Assembly (NCBI GenBank): GCA_026770705.1
Contig: JANJGN010000151.1
Span: 1,116,001-1,180,000, forward strand
Direction: 5' to 3'
DNA: 64,000 nucleotides
From: Isurus oxyrinchus
Lineage: Eukaryota
The notes beneath the pieces are model-generated. The model made no database searches. It was not told the origin of the DNA and worked only from the letters and a program-made list of their open reading frames with translations. Numbering within the stretch: the first letter of the stretch is position 1; each line of letters starts with the position of its first letter. The translations under genes were made by a program, and so were the position numbers. Shown piece by piece: positions 23,621 to 36,070 of this stretch.

Positions 23621-24589
23621 CGCGTTTGTATCTGCTTGAAGCGCGATTGTAGGCAGAAAACAAACAGGCTTCAGAAATGGGCAAAAAAACATTTAAAGAT
23701 GTGTTAGAACATTTTGTCTTTATTTTAAGTGGTAATTGCAGAATAAACTAAACCATGGATTATGACGCTCATTCTGAACATAATTCGTTACTGCAATCAG
23801 AAACTATACAATTCCCAAGTTTTCAAATTGTAGAGTAAAATTAATGCAATTCAAACAATTATAATGCAGTAATATTTCTCCATATTGACGGAACATTTTT
23901 CATATTAATCTAATTGATCATTAATCGCCTTTCACAATTCTGCTGTCTCTGCGCACAATTAACACGATTGGGAAAGTTTTTAGGATGGAAACATTTTGTG
24001 ATTATGCATGAAAAAATCTCAGTAAGAATATACTGACTCTACAGAATTGTTCAGTTTCAAAAGAGATTTTGAATTACTTTTTTTATGTCCATGATAACAT
24101 TTGCATTGACTTAAAGAGGAGTTTGATATTGCAGTTTGGCAATATGGCTATTCGGTTATTACATTCTTTCTGTGAAGCCGTAACCACATTATTCCTTCAA
24201 TGTCATTGGGAGTTGGCTAGCGAGAGAATTGTCACTTATCTAATTTTAAACAGTTTAGTGGGGGGGGGGGGGGGGGGGGGTGGGTGGGGGTTTAATTCGC
24301 TGGCAGTAAAATAATTGTTCTTACATTTTTTGAACTGCAGGAAGGTGCAGACCGCATATAAATAGAGACTGACAAGTAAAAGCTTGAAACTCGAACAGAT
24401 TAATTTAATGGCAAATATTAGTATTCGTTTTGAACTTAATAACAACATTCTGTCTCCCATAGCTGTGCTGTACACAGGATAGAATTATAGGAGAAGAACA
24501 GATTATATCTGAGATTCATGCATAATTCTTATTAAATATTAAATTGAAGAACAATATTTGCGCCCTCCATTCAGTCAAATCATGGCTGA

Positions 24590-25460
24590 TCTACCTCGAC
24601 ACACTCAGTGTCTTTACCACACACCCTCACTCGCTCACTCTCACTGTCACACACACTTTCTCTCACATACATGCACACACACTCTCTCACGCAATCTCTC
24701 TGACAGACATACACTCTCTCTTTCTCTCTCTGTCACACACACACACTCACTTTCTCTCTCACACACACAAACTCCCTTTAACACGCACACACTGTCTCTC
24801 ACACATTGTCTCTCTTTTTCACACACACTCTCACACAGACACATTCTCTCATACACATACTCTCTCAACTGCGCACACACATACACACTCTCACCCTCAC
24901 ACATGCATGCACTCTTTCTTTCTCACACATGCACTCTCACACATGCCATTCTCTCTCTCACACACACATGCACACCCACTCTCTCTCACACATACATGCA
25001 CCCTTTCTCCCACACATATACACTCTCTCAATTCTCCCCCTCTCTCACACACAGACACATAACACTGTCTCACACACACACATCTTCATTCTCTCTCTCT
25101 CACGCACACAGAAACACAAACATATTCCCTTTCTCACACAGAAACACTTCTTCTCACACACGGACTCTCTCTCATTCTCTCTTTCTCTCTCTCTGACCCA
25201 CACACTGGCCCTCTCCTTCACACACTCTCTCCCACACACACACACACACACACAATCGCTCTCTCTCTCTTCCATATGCTCTCTCTCTCACACACACATT
25301 TCTTTATCTCACTCTCACACTTATACTCCCTATGACACTCTCCCTCTCTCACATACACTCACAAGCACCCACACACACACTCTCTCCCACCCACACTCTT
25401 AGTCTTTTTGTCTCTCTGTCTCTCTCTCTCTCTTTCTCACGCAGACACACACACCCATTC
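24590..25460. repeat. Degenerate (CA)n/(CT)n microsatellite tract
   Basis: Visible low-complexity sequence; the overlapping His/Thr/Ser/Leu ORFs are artefacts. Confidence 0.95.
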
Positions 25461-25877
25461 TCAAACACAGAAATGGGCTGAAAATGTTAATTTCAGAAAG
25501 AAAACCCGCTAAGCTGCAGGCATGTTTATTGTTCCATTTCTGATGTCTTTTTGTGTAAAATGAAATTACACAAGTGACATCACTATATATGTGGAGAATT
25601 TCCAAGTGTTGAGCCAAACACAAAGAAACAAGAAAAAGGGAAGGATGTGATGGAGACCACGGCCGCCTGGATCCCCAATACTGGTGCACACTTGGTGCAA
25701 GATGCCTGCACGGCCCATCCTGGTTTTGCTGTAACATTCCCCTCCAGCCCCCTCAGTCTGCCTATTCACGCACTGACACGGGTTTCTCAAAGAAAGGCAT
25801 CAGCATTAAAGCAGCTGGCCAGCGATCTACACTGCTGCCTGACTTTACACAGCCAGTGTTACTGAAAGCTGATCAAT

Positions 25878-26054
25878 ATGGAGAATTGGGACAAGTTCGA
25901 CTGAGAGGAAGAGGAGGGGATGGAGGTGGAGGTGGAGGTGGAGACGAATGGAGGAGCCCCCAGCTCGGCTGTGGACAACAGGCAACGGAAAGCTGAGCCG
26001 GCGCAGAAAATCATCTGGAAAAACATCACCATGATGAGCCTGCAGCACCTGGGC
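25878..26054 (+). pseudogene. Stearoyl-CoA desaturase (SCD5-like) N-terminal exon fragment with premature stop
   Basis: MENWDKFD*EEEEGMEVEVEVETNGGAPSSAVDNRQRKAEPAQKIIWKNITMMSLQHLG resembles the SCD pre-TM1 motif (IVWRNVVLMSLLHLG). It is cut off by the CTCA repeat. Confidence 0.7.
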
Positions 26055-26645
26055 ACCCTCACTACCCACAATCACTCACCTTCACTCACCATCACTCACA
26101 CTCACTCAATCACCCTCACTCAGCCACCCTCACTCACTCACCCTCACTCACCCTCACTCACACTCACTCAATCATCCTCACTCACCCACCCTCACTCACT
26201 CACCATCACTCAATCTCACTCCCTCACCTATTCTCACTCAGCCTCACCAATTCACCCAGCTTCACCCACCCTCATCCACTCATCATTAATTACTTTAACC
26301 TTCACTCACTCACCCTCACTCACTCACCCTCACTTACCCTCCCATCCTCACTCACGTACCTTCAGTGACACTCAATAACTCATCCACCCGCACTCACACA
26401 CCCACTCACCCTCACTCACATACCCACCCTCACATACCCACCAACCCTCACTCAGCCACTCGACTACCCTCATTCAATCACCCACGCTCACTCACCCACA
26501 TTCAGACACCCACCCACGCCCACTCAGCACCCACCCTCACTCACGCCTTCACTCACCACCAACCCTCACTCACTCTGCCACCCTACCTTGCTCTGTCACT
26601 CAGCCACCCTCACTTTGTTAAACATGCACACGCTCACTCACTCGA
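26055..26645. repeat. C-rich (CTCA/CCCTCA)n low-complexity repeat
   Basis: Visible in sequence. Confidence 0.9.
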
Positions 26646-26769
26646 TCACTTTCCATAAATCGGTGTATAGGAGGGCGGGAACTGCGGGGAACAGAGACCT
26701 GGAAGCGAGGCCTGAGGCCTAGCAGTGCCAGAAAGTGAAACATGGCTGAAGGGAGCGACGAGCTTCATT

Positions 26770-28200
26770 GGAAAGTGCAGGGAGGCGGGGGGAAAGCTCG
26801 GAGAGCCTGGGGGAAAGGGCAGGGAGGCGGGGGAAATGGCAGAGAGCCGGGGGGGGGGGGGGGTGGGGTGGTGTTGGGGGGGAAGGGTAAGGAGCCGGGG
26901 AAAAGGGCAGGGATCCAGTGGAAAGTGCTTTGGGATGGGGCAAAGGTCAGCAAGCAGGGGGAAAGCTCAGTGAGCCAGTGGAAGGCCAGAGAGGCAGAGG
27001 AGGAGGAAGGGCAGAGAGACGATGGAAAGAGCAGAGAGGTGGGGGGGGGAAAGGGCAGAGAGGCGAGGGAAGGGCATAGAGGTGGGACAGGGAAAGGGCA
27101 GAGAGGCGGAAGGAGGAAAGGGCAGAGAGGTGGGAGGGGGAAAGGGCGGAGAGGCAGGAGGGCAAAGAGGTGGAGGGTTGACAGGGGAGAGAAGCGGGGA
27201 GTGGGACAGGCAGAGAGGTGAGGGGAAACGGCAGTGAGGTGGCAGGAGGAAAGGGCAGGAATGTGGGTGGGGGAAATAGCAGAGAGGCGGCGGGGGAAAG
27301 GGCAGAGAGGAGGGTGGGCAGAGAGGCAGGGGGGAAAGGGCGGATAGCAGGGGAGGAAGGGCAGAGAGGAGGGAGAGCAAAGAGGCAGAGGGGGGAAGGA
27401 CAGAGAGGTGACGGAAAGGGTAGATAGTCGATGGAAAAGGCAGCGAGCTGGGGTAAGGGCAGAGAGGCGAGGGTGTAAGGGCAGAGAGGCGGGGTGTAAG
27501 GGCAGAGAGGTGGGAGAGGGAAAGGGCACAGAGGTGGGAGTGGGAAAGGGCAGAGAGGCGGGTGGGAAAGGGCAGAGGGGTGGATGAGGGAAAGGATAGA
27601 GAGGCAGAGGAAGGAAGGGCAGAGAGGTGATTGAAAGGGCAGCGAGCCAGGGGAACGGGAAAAGAGCAGTGGAAAAGGTCAGAGCTGGGTGAAAGCACAG
27701 AGCGCGGTGAAATGTGTGCAGAGACCTGGGGGAGAAAGGGCAGAGAAGTGATGGGGAAAGGGCAGAGAGGCGGCAGATGTAAAGGGCTGAGAGGTGGGAG
27801 TGGAAATGGGCCGAGAGGCAGGAGGGGGAAAGGGCACAGATGCAGGAGGGGAAAAGGGCAGAGAGATGTGTGGGAAAGGGCAGAGAGGAGGGGGAAAGGG
27901 GACAGAGACGGGAGAGGGAAAGGGGCAGAAAGACGGGGGTGAAGGGCAGAGCGGTGGGTGGGGAAGGGCAGAGCGGCACGGGGGTCTGGGCAGAGAAGCA
28001 GGGGGTGGGACATGCAGAGAGCTGGGGGAAAAGTGAGCGAGCCAGTGGAAAAGGTCAGAGATCCGGGCGAAAGTGAATAGAACCGTGGAGTAAGTGCAGA
28101 GAGCTGGGGTACAAAGGGCAGAGTTGGGGGGGGGAGGCGGGTGGGCAGGGCAGGGAGGTGGGGGTGGGGGAAGGACTGAGAGCCGGGCAAAAGCTGGGAG
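26770..28200 (+). repeat. G/purine-rich tandem repeat (core ggaaagggcagagagg, ~20-25-bp units) in the J-Cmu intron
   Basis: Dozens of units with G runs of 3 or more; strong G skew on the sense strand. Confidence 0.95.
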
Positions 28201-28689
28201 AGCCGGGCGAAAGCAGTTGCGAGCGGGAGCCCCAGACGCCCTGGGCCCCACGCTCTCTAACTCTTTCTTTCTCTATCCCTCATTGTCTCTCCTCCTCCTG
28301 AAATCTATTCCATCCCTGGAGAAAGGCACTCAGTGCCTGGGATGGATGGGAGACAATGTCTCTGTGCGCTTCCCCCGGGCTCCCTGCGCCTTTCTCCAGC
28401 GGGTGTTCGCTGCCCCTCCAATCACAACCTGTTTGTCTCCCACTTTTACTGCTGATAGGCCCGCTAGTCAGCCTATCAGCAGCTAATGGGTAGGAGACTG
28501 GGGGAAGGGGTGTAAGGGCAGAGAGGCGGGAGAGGGAGGAGCAGCTCCTTACAGATATCTTCAATTCCACTTACCCACCTGACCAGCATTTAGAACAAAG
28601 GCTCTGGGGGCCATATAGAGGGGCTTCGGGGGCCACAATCCAGCCACAGGACATGGATTGGACAAGCCGGTAATAAAGGAAAATAAGGA

Positions 28690-30250
28690 AATGGGCTGAG
28701 AAGTTGGACAAATATTTTGGCCTTAACGAGGTGGTTACTAAAATAGCAGAGACATTGTTTTTAATTTTCCAAATTTCCCCAGATTCTGGAAAGGTCTTAT
28801 CAGATTGGAAAATAGGGAATGAGTCTTTTATATTAAATAAAGGAGGGAAAGGGAAAGTAAGAACCTGCAGGCCAGTTAGCTTAACATCTGTCTGAGCGAA
28901 AATGCTGGAATCTATTAAGGCGTTTACCACGGGTCACTTAGAAAATTCAAATGCAATTAGGCATTTGACCCACAAACCCATCTTGGTTTTGTGAAAGGGA
29001 AATCATGTTTGGCTGAAATATTTGAGGCCTATAGAGGAAGTAACAAAGAACATGAATAAAGGAGAACCTGTGGATGTGCTGTACTTGAGCTTCCAGAAGG
29101 CATTTGACAAAGTGGCACATCAAAGGTTACTGCACAAAATAATGGTGTCGGCAGTTACATTTCAGCATGGGTAGAAGTTTGGTTAGCTAACAGGAAACAG
29201 AGAATAGGGATAAATTGATTATTTTATGTTGGCAAGATGTGACAAGTGAAGTGCCAATGGATCAATGCTGCTGCTTCACCTATTTACAATTTATATCAAT
29301 GATTTGAATGAAAGGACTGAATGAATTTGCTAAATTTGCTGATGACACAAAGATAGATAGGAAAGTAAATGGTGAAGAGGGCATAAGGGCAGCAAAGGGA
29401 TATCGATAGGTTAAGTGAGTGGGCAAAAAAATGTCAGTTGGAGTATAATCTGAGAAAATATAAACGTGTCCACTTTGGCAGGAAGAATACAAAAGCAGCA
29501 TATTACTGAAAGGGAGAGAGATTGCAGAACCCTGAGGTACAGAGGAATGTGGATCCCTTGGTGCATGAATCACAAAAAGTTGGAATTCAGGAATAGCAAA
29601 TGATGAAGAAGGCATGTTGGCATTTAGTATAAGGGGAATAGATTATAAATGGAAAGATATCTTACTACAGTTTAATGGGTTGGCGATAAGACCTCGCCTG
29701 AATTACTGTGTACAGATTTGGTCTCATTTAAGAAAGGATATAAAAGCATTAGAAGCTGTTCAGAGAATGTTCATTCAAATGATACTGGGAGGTGTCGTCG
29801 GTTATCTTATGAGGAAAGTATGGATAGGCTGGGCCTGTATCGATTGGAGTTTAGAAGAATGAGAGCTGATTTTATTGAAACACATTACATCTTGAGGGAA
29901 ATTGACAGGGTGGATGTTGAAAGGATGTTTCCCCTTGTGAGAGAGACTAACGATAGGGAACACGGTTTAAAAATAAGAGGTCTCCCATTTCAGACGGAAA
30001 TGAGAGGGTTTTATTTTTCTCTCAAAGGGTCGTGAAACTTTGGAACTCTCTTCCCCAGAGAGCGATGGAGGAGGAGTCATTAAAATTTCAAGGCAGAGGT
30101 AGAGAGATTCTTCATTGACAAGGGAGTCAAAGGTTAGCCGAGAGGAGGCGGGAATGTGGAGTTAATGCCACAATCGGATCAGCTATGACCGGAGTGAATG
30201 GTGGAGGAGGCTAGAGAGGCCAAATGGCTACTACTGATCCGCATGTTCAT
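28690..30250 (+). mobile_element. CR1-clade LINE (decayed RT + 3' end)
   Basis: DWKIGN...RPVSLTSV, DFQKAFDKV-like ttccagaaggcatttgacaaagt, aaatttgctgatgacacaaag (FADDTK), LEFRRMRADFIE. Confidence 0.92.
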
Positions 30251-30809
30251 ATATACATACGATTGGAAACTGTCGTACTTACTGTAACTGGTATTCAGTT
30301 TAGAGTTCTATGGTCATTATATAGTTACCATTACAAAGGTACTTTCGAAGGGTTATTGCTGTTCTTTGTTTTGGGGGGACGTGGAGAGGGGAGGGGGCAT
30401 CAGTCAATTTGAACAGAGCTAAATTCCAAACTGCAATGATATAAATGACGAGACAATTTCTCTATCACCAAGTGCTGTTGATTGAGAAATAAACGGTGAC
30501 TGAAATAATGGGGAAGATGCTCTGCTCTTCCATTTTAATCCAATGAAAGGTCGGTCATTCAGATGACATCAAAATGTTCTCTTTTAGTAATGGGATAGAG
30601 GCGGAAAAAGAGGTGTGGGTTTCTAAAGAGGGAATCGACAGTTGAGGGCCATCAAATGATGGAAATAATAAATGATCAAATGTGGACGTGGGTTTCAATT
30701 GGAATATATTAGGATATGTTTATAGTTATAGTCAAATTTCGAGTTGTTTGGTTACTTAATGATCACAAATCACAGAGTCTAACTTGTTCAATCGGCCATT
30801 CTTTCCCAG

Positions 30810-31109
30810 TGACACCGTCTTCGCCCACTCTCTACAGCCTGGTCTCCTCCTGTCAGCAACACAACACCGACGGCTCCGTCACCTACGGCTGTTTGGCGAT
30901 GGACTACTCCCCAGAAATCACCAGCCTGACCTGGAAGAAAGATGGGCAGCAGATCACCACTGGATTTAAGACTTACCCGTCAGTGAGAAACCAGAAGGGA
31001 ACCTACACTCTGAGCAACCAGTTAACCATCACCGAGTCAGAGGGGGAATGCAGCATAATCAAGTGTGAGGTTCAACACAGTGTCTCAGACAAGAGCGTTA
31101 AAATGCCAT
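30810..31109 (+). CDS. IGHM: IgM Cmu1 exon
   Basis: Acceptor ttcccag|tg. [45 protein letters not shown]...[16 protein letters not shown]. Donor t|gtaagt. Confidence 0.97.
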
Positions 31110-31308
31110 GTAAGTGTTGGGGAACCTGTGAGAAACAGAAAGGCTGTGATTGACCTGTAGAGGGCCTTGGTTATAACGCATTAATAGTACTCTGCATAGT
31201 TCTGATCCCTGGAAATTCCAGGTTAGTGTCCATGGTTAAAATATAAGAACTCATTGTATCTGTTATCAATTTCTTCTGCAAGAAATGGCTAACCTGTGTT
31301 TTTTGAAG

Positions 31309-31617
31309 GTACTGACTTACCTCCAACTGTTCTCCTCACCGTGAGTTCCCGGGAAGAAATCACAACCAACAAATTTGCAACCACCGTCTGTTCAATCATC
31401 GATCTCTGTTCAAAGTCAATCACCGTGAAGTGGCTGAAGAATGGACAACCCATGAATTCAGGAATTGTCACCTCTCCTGTCTTTGAAGTGAACGGGAACT
31501 TCTCGGCGACCAGTTGGCTGAAAGTCTCCGCTGGGGAATGGTTCAGCGACGCAGTGTATACCTGTCAGGTCACTCACCAAGGGCTCACCCAAAGTCGAAA
31601 CGCCACCAAGTGTGAGG
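31309..31617 (+). CDS. IGHM: IgM Cmu2 exon
   Basis: Acceptor ttttgaag|gt. [30 protein letters not shown]...WLKNG...[21 protein letters not shown]. Donor g|gtaag. Confidence 0.97.
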
Positions 31618-32241
31618 GTAAGAAATACAAACTGAGGAAGCAACAGATCATTCTGCTCTGTGATGTTAATCAAATCAGGAATTTATTGGAGTTAGTAAAA
31701 AGCACAGAAAAATTTCTAATTTACTTTCATGTAGTTATTGTTTAATTCCGATGTAAGTGCTGTATTCGGATTGTTCACCATTCAGGATTTTATCACATCA
31801 CGTCTCTACATTGACGTCACAGAGTGATTGAGGTGAACTTGATATCAGCTTTACTCTGAGTCAGCTGATCATATTTCGAAAGGCAGAAGATGTCTGGAAC
31901 CCTTCACTGGTAACAGCTTCGGGATAGAGTGTTGGAAAGTGCATCCACCCTATTTATAAAATGGCTTTCAATCCTGCATTCCAGGGCCCAGGAATTATAC
32001 ATTTGTATTGGGACTGGGGCACAGCAGATTCGTGAGAATGTTACCGGGGCTGAAGGACTTAAATTATGAGAACGATTTACACAGACCAAGCTGCTTTTCC
32101 ATTGTGTAAAGAAAATTAAAGATGATAGTTAGGTGTTGATATGTCCAAGGTGATTAATTCTCCTTCAGGGAGTGAAGGCTGAATACTGCTGTCCTGCTCC
32201 TGAAGGTGAAACTTTGGTTGATCTTCATTTCTGTCTCACAG

Positions 32242-32553
32242 ATGATCACCACTGCCCCAACGATCCCACAATTACTCTACTGCCACCTCCAATAGAACAG
32301 GTCTTACTAGAGGCGACCGTGTCCTTAACCTGCATCGTTTCTAATGCTCCTTTTGGAGTCCTCGTGTCCTGGACACAAGAGAAGAAGCCTTTGAAATCAG
32401 AGATCGCCGTCCAACCAGGAGAGGATCCCGACAGCGTTGTCAGCAACATAAACATCTCGACACAAGCCTGGCTGAGTGGGGTTGAGTTCAACTGTGTGGT
32501 GAGCCATCAGGATCTGCCGACTCCTTTAAGAAATTCCATCCACAAGGAACAAG
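32242..32553 (+). CDS. IGHM: IgM Cmu3 exon
   Basis: Acceptor tctcacag|at. [33 protein letters not shown]...[22 protein letters not shown]. Donor g|gtgag. Confidence 0.97.
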
Positions 32554-32949
32554 GTGAGCGGTGAAATTGAAGCAATAAGTTATTCAATGTGTCTATTTCC
32601 AGTGTAAGTGTAAGGAGCAATATTTACTATTCAGTGTATTCATGGTCTACTCTGAATAGCAATTTCGCCAACTAAACGCCCTGGGCCTGTAGACTTTCAG
32701 GGGGAAATTGATAAGTAGATGAATGAACAATGAATTGAAGGCTGTGCCATTAAGTTTAGATGAAGCAAGATGGGAGGAGTCTGGTGCGAAGCTGAAACAC
32801 CAACATAGACCAGTTGGGCAGAATGGCCTGATTCTGTGCTGTAAACTTTGAGAAACTTTCTCATCCAACCCCATAAATTCTCAGGGAAAAGGATTGTGCC
32901 ACCTCTGCTCCGAGCTGGAAAGCCGGACAGATCCCAAACTATTTTATTT

Positions 32950-33150
32950 ATTAATTCATGGGATGTGGGCGTCGCTGGCTGGGCCAGAGTTATTGCCCAT
33001 CCCTAACTGCCCTTGACAAGGTGGTGGTGAGCTGCTTTCTTGAATCGCTGCAGTCGATGTGGTGTAGATACACTCACAGTGCTGTTAAGGCGGGAGTTCC
33101 AGGATTTTGTCTCAGCTATAGTGAAGGATCGGTGATATACTTCCAAGAAG
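32950..33150 (-). mobile_element. LINE/SINE 3' tail fragment in the Cmu3-Cmu4 intron
   Basis: ttattgcccatccctaactgcccttgacaaggtggtggtgagc matches 57771-57900. Confidence 0.75.
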
Positions 33151-33266
33151 TGGATAATGAAACCCCTTAATATTCATCACAAAACACGTTTCTCTCACAT
33201 CTAACCAGCGTTTCATTGTCTACGAAAGCATCCAGTTTATTGACATTTATTGTACATTTTCTGCAG

Positions 33267-33658
33267 TTAAAGAACCGCGGGAACCGTCCGTGTCTGTCCT
33301 CCTGCCCTCGGCAGAACATGTCTCCGCTCAGGGATTCGTCTCCCTCAGTTGCTTAGTGACAGGTTTCTCCCCGCGAGAGATTTTCATCAAGTGGATCGTC
33401 AATGACAAGCCGGTGGCTCCCGGAAACTACAAGAACACCGAGGTAGTGGCGGAGAACGGCAATCGCTCCTTCTTCACGTACAGCCTGTTATCCATTGCAG
33501 CGGAGGAGTGGGCCAGTGGCGCTTCTTACTCCTGTGTGGTGGGACATGAAGCGATCCCCTTGAAGATCATCAACAGAACGGTTGATAAATCCAGCGGTAA
33601 ACCGAGCTTTGTAAATATTTCCCTTGCACTGATGGACATCGTTAATTCATGTCAATGA
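33267..33658 (+). CDS. IGHM: IgM Cmu4 exon plus secretory tailpiece ([20 protein letters not shown]); internal donor for the membrane form after 33596
   Basis: Acceptor ctgcag|tt. [13 protein letters not shown]...[23 protein letters not shown]. Tailpiece has an NIS glycosylation site and penultimate Cys. Internal donor agc g|gtaaa. Confidence 0.97.
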
Positions 33659-33685
33659 GAATCTCTCGGTTACATTTCTAACTTC

Positions 33686-33701
33686 AATAAAAAATAATAA
33701 A
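33686..33701 (+). terminator. Secretory-form polyadenylation signals (AATAAA x2)
   Basis: aataaa at 33686-33691 and 33696-33701, ~30 nt after the stop. Confidence 0.85.
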
Positions 33702-34084
33702 GTCCTTTTCTCCAATCGTGATTTAAATACACAATCGTTTAATGAATGTTGTTTTTCACTTTTGCTGATGTTAGACCTGTTTAGTTAAAATCGGATATTT
33801 ACAGGACTCACGCCCAAGTCTTGTACATCCAGTGCTCCGAGTTCAGTTACAACCTGGGTTCGAGACAGAGTAAAGCTCATTCATTACGGGATTCTGCAAA
33901 ATAACTTCACCAAATCCCCTCCCACTGAGGTGAAATCTGACAAATCCCACTTCCGACAAACAAACACAGCACATTTAGATCTGGGTGTTCCTGCTTCTCT
34001 TATTGTCCATTCCTTTAAAATAGATGTCACCTTTAAGCTGCTACACCACACCCACTGGAAACTGAAGTGGAGTCCCACAGAAAC

Positions 34085-34560
34085 ATGTCCCAACAATCCC
34101 CCATCAGGGAGAGGGGGAAGGGAAATTATTAACCAACTGTACCCCCTCTTCCCCAACAGAGAGAGGGGGAAGGGGACATTGTTAACCCACTGACCTCCAC
34201 TTCCACAACAGCGGGTGGGGGGGGGGGCGAATTGTTTAGCCACTTTACCCTATTTTCCCAACAGAGAGAGGGGAAGGGAAATTGGTAACCCACAGTACCC
34301 CACTTTCCCAACAGAGAGAGGGGAAGGGAAATTGGTAACCCACTGTATCTCCACTTCCCCAATAGAGAAAACTGAAAGGAAAATTTTAAGCCAATTTTAC
34401 CTCCACTTGCTAAACAGAAAGACGAGGAAGGTCATGGTTAACCCGGTGTGTCTCCACCTTATCAGCAGAGAGAACCGAAAGGGAAATTGCTTAGACAACC
34501 AGACAGAGCAAAACTATTAGCTCCCTGGACCCTCACCGAGCAGAGAATCTGGAAGGGAAC
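34085..34560. repeat. ~50-55-bp minisatellite (cccaacagagagaggggaagggaaattggtaacccactgtaccccacttt)
   Basis: About 8 diverging tandem units. Confidence 0.85.
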
Positions 34561-34959
34561 GGGTCTCTACTGTCATGACTCTGTTACCAACAGTCCATGT
34601 CGGCTTCCAGCTTACTGGCCACAGATTTTAAACTCCCATCATGTTTAGGATGTTGTAAAAACATCTAATTATGCAACATAATTTGAAGATCTTTTAACAC
34701 CCTTGTTCCTGTTAAGCTTATGCTAAGATTCGTTTCCCATAATCCGAATCTAAACTGGTGATTGAATCCTGCCTGAGTTGTTCAATGTTCTGTCCCTGAA
34801 TTTTATGAGGCACATGGTTGATTGTTTGCATTCGTTCACCTGATATCACCTTGCATCTCACAAAAAGCACGTTAATACACAGAACATTGAAACTATTCAC
34901 CAAAATTTTCACCATCAAGGTCAGACTCGATCATTGGTACTGGTAAAATTCTGGAAAAT

Positions 34960-36070
34960 AGTAAAAATACACACAGCTGACACAAATGGACAAACACAAA
35001 CACGCGTACGCACACGCATAGGCACAGACACGCAAACACAAACACACACAGGTACAGGGAGACACATTTACACCCACACATGCGCACCCACACAAACACA
35101 GGCAGACACAGGCAGACGCACATAGACAAATACACACACACGTGCACACACACACACACACACACACATGCGTGCACAATCACAACCACATGGGTGCAGA
35201 CGCACAAACATACACGTACACAGAATCACACACATAAACAGACACCCGCACACAATCAAACATGTAGAAATACACACACAGAGACACTCACTCACACACA
35301 TGAACACAATCACACACACACAAACAGATAAAACTAGACAAGCAGACTCATACAAAGACACAAAGCACAAATGTAACTATTAGCATATGCAATATTACAC
35401 GTTCACAATGAAATAAATACAGACGTAAAGACACACACTATCGTACACATTAAAACAAATGCATGGACACACATTAATACATGCACACATATGAGCAGAC
35501 GACACCCAGACACAAAAACACAGAGGAACAGACGAACACATTCACAGACACACATGTAGACACAAACATGAATATACTCACACACAGTAGAAAACAAAAA
35601 ACACACGTTAGTACATATGAAAACATATACACACATTGATACATAGTTCTAAATATCGATCAACACACAAATGCACATATTAAAAACTCTCTCTCGCTGT
35701 GTCACACAATCACACAGACGCTGTGACACAGACATAAATATGCTGACAGACACGTGGAACACAAAGAAACAATAACACTCATATTAGCAGGCACACATTA
35801 AACAGGTAAATACACATTAACACAGATAGTAATAAGTAAATATAGACATTAAGACATAAACACACACAATAACATACTCATACATCCACATTGGCAGAAA
35901 AACAAAATATACATAAAGATGCAGACACAAAAATACACAAATCAGCACTCATTGGCACATGAACACACACATTAACACACATGCACACATATGGACACAC
36001 AAACAAACAGTAATGCAAAGCGCGGGATACTCAAGCAGACATACACAAAAGCTAAAGCACAACACAAACG
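34960..36070. repeat. Degenerate (CA)n tract
   Basis: Visible low complexity. Confidence 0.9.

Noticed and set aside
24544-25402. His/Thr/Ser-rich ORFs (also 34893-35636)
   Set aside because: Microsatellite translations.
26765-28190. 404-aa and 407-aa Pro/Leu/Ser-rich ORFs
   Set aside because: They arise from the stop-poor C-rich strand of the G-rich repeat; no domain features.
31812-31819. Perfect CRE palindrome tgacgtca in the Cmu2-Cmu3 intron
   Set aside because: A single 8-mer is expected by chance in 64 kb, with no supporting motif cluster.
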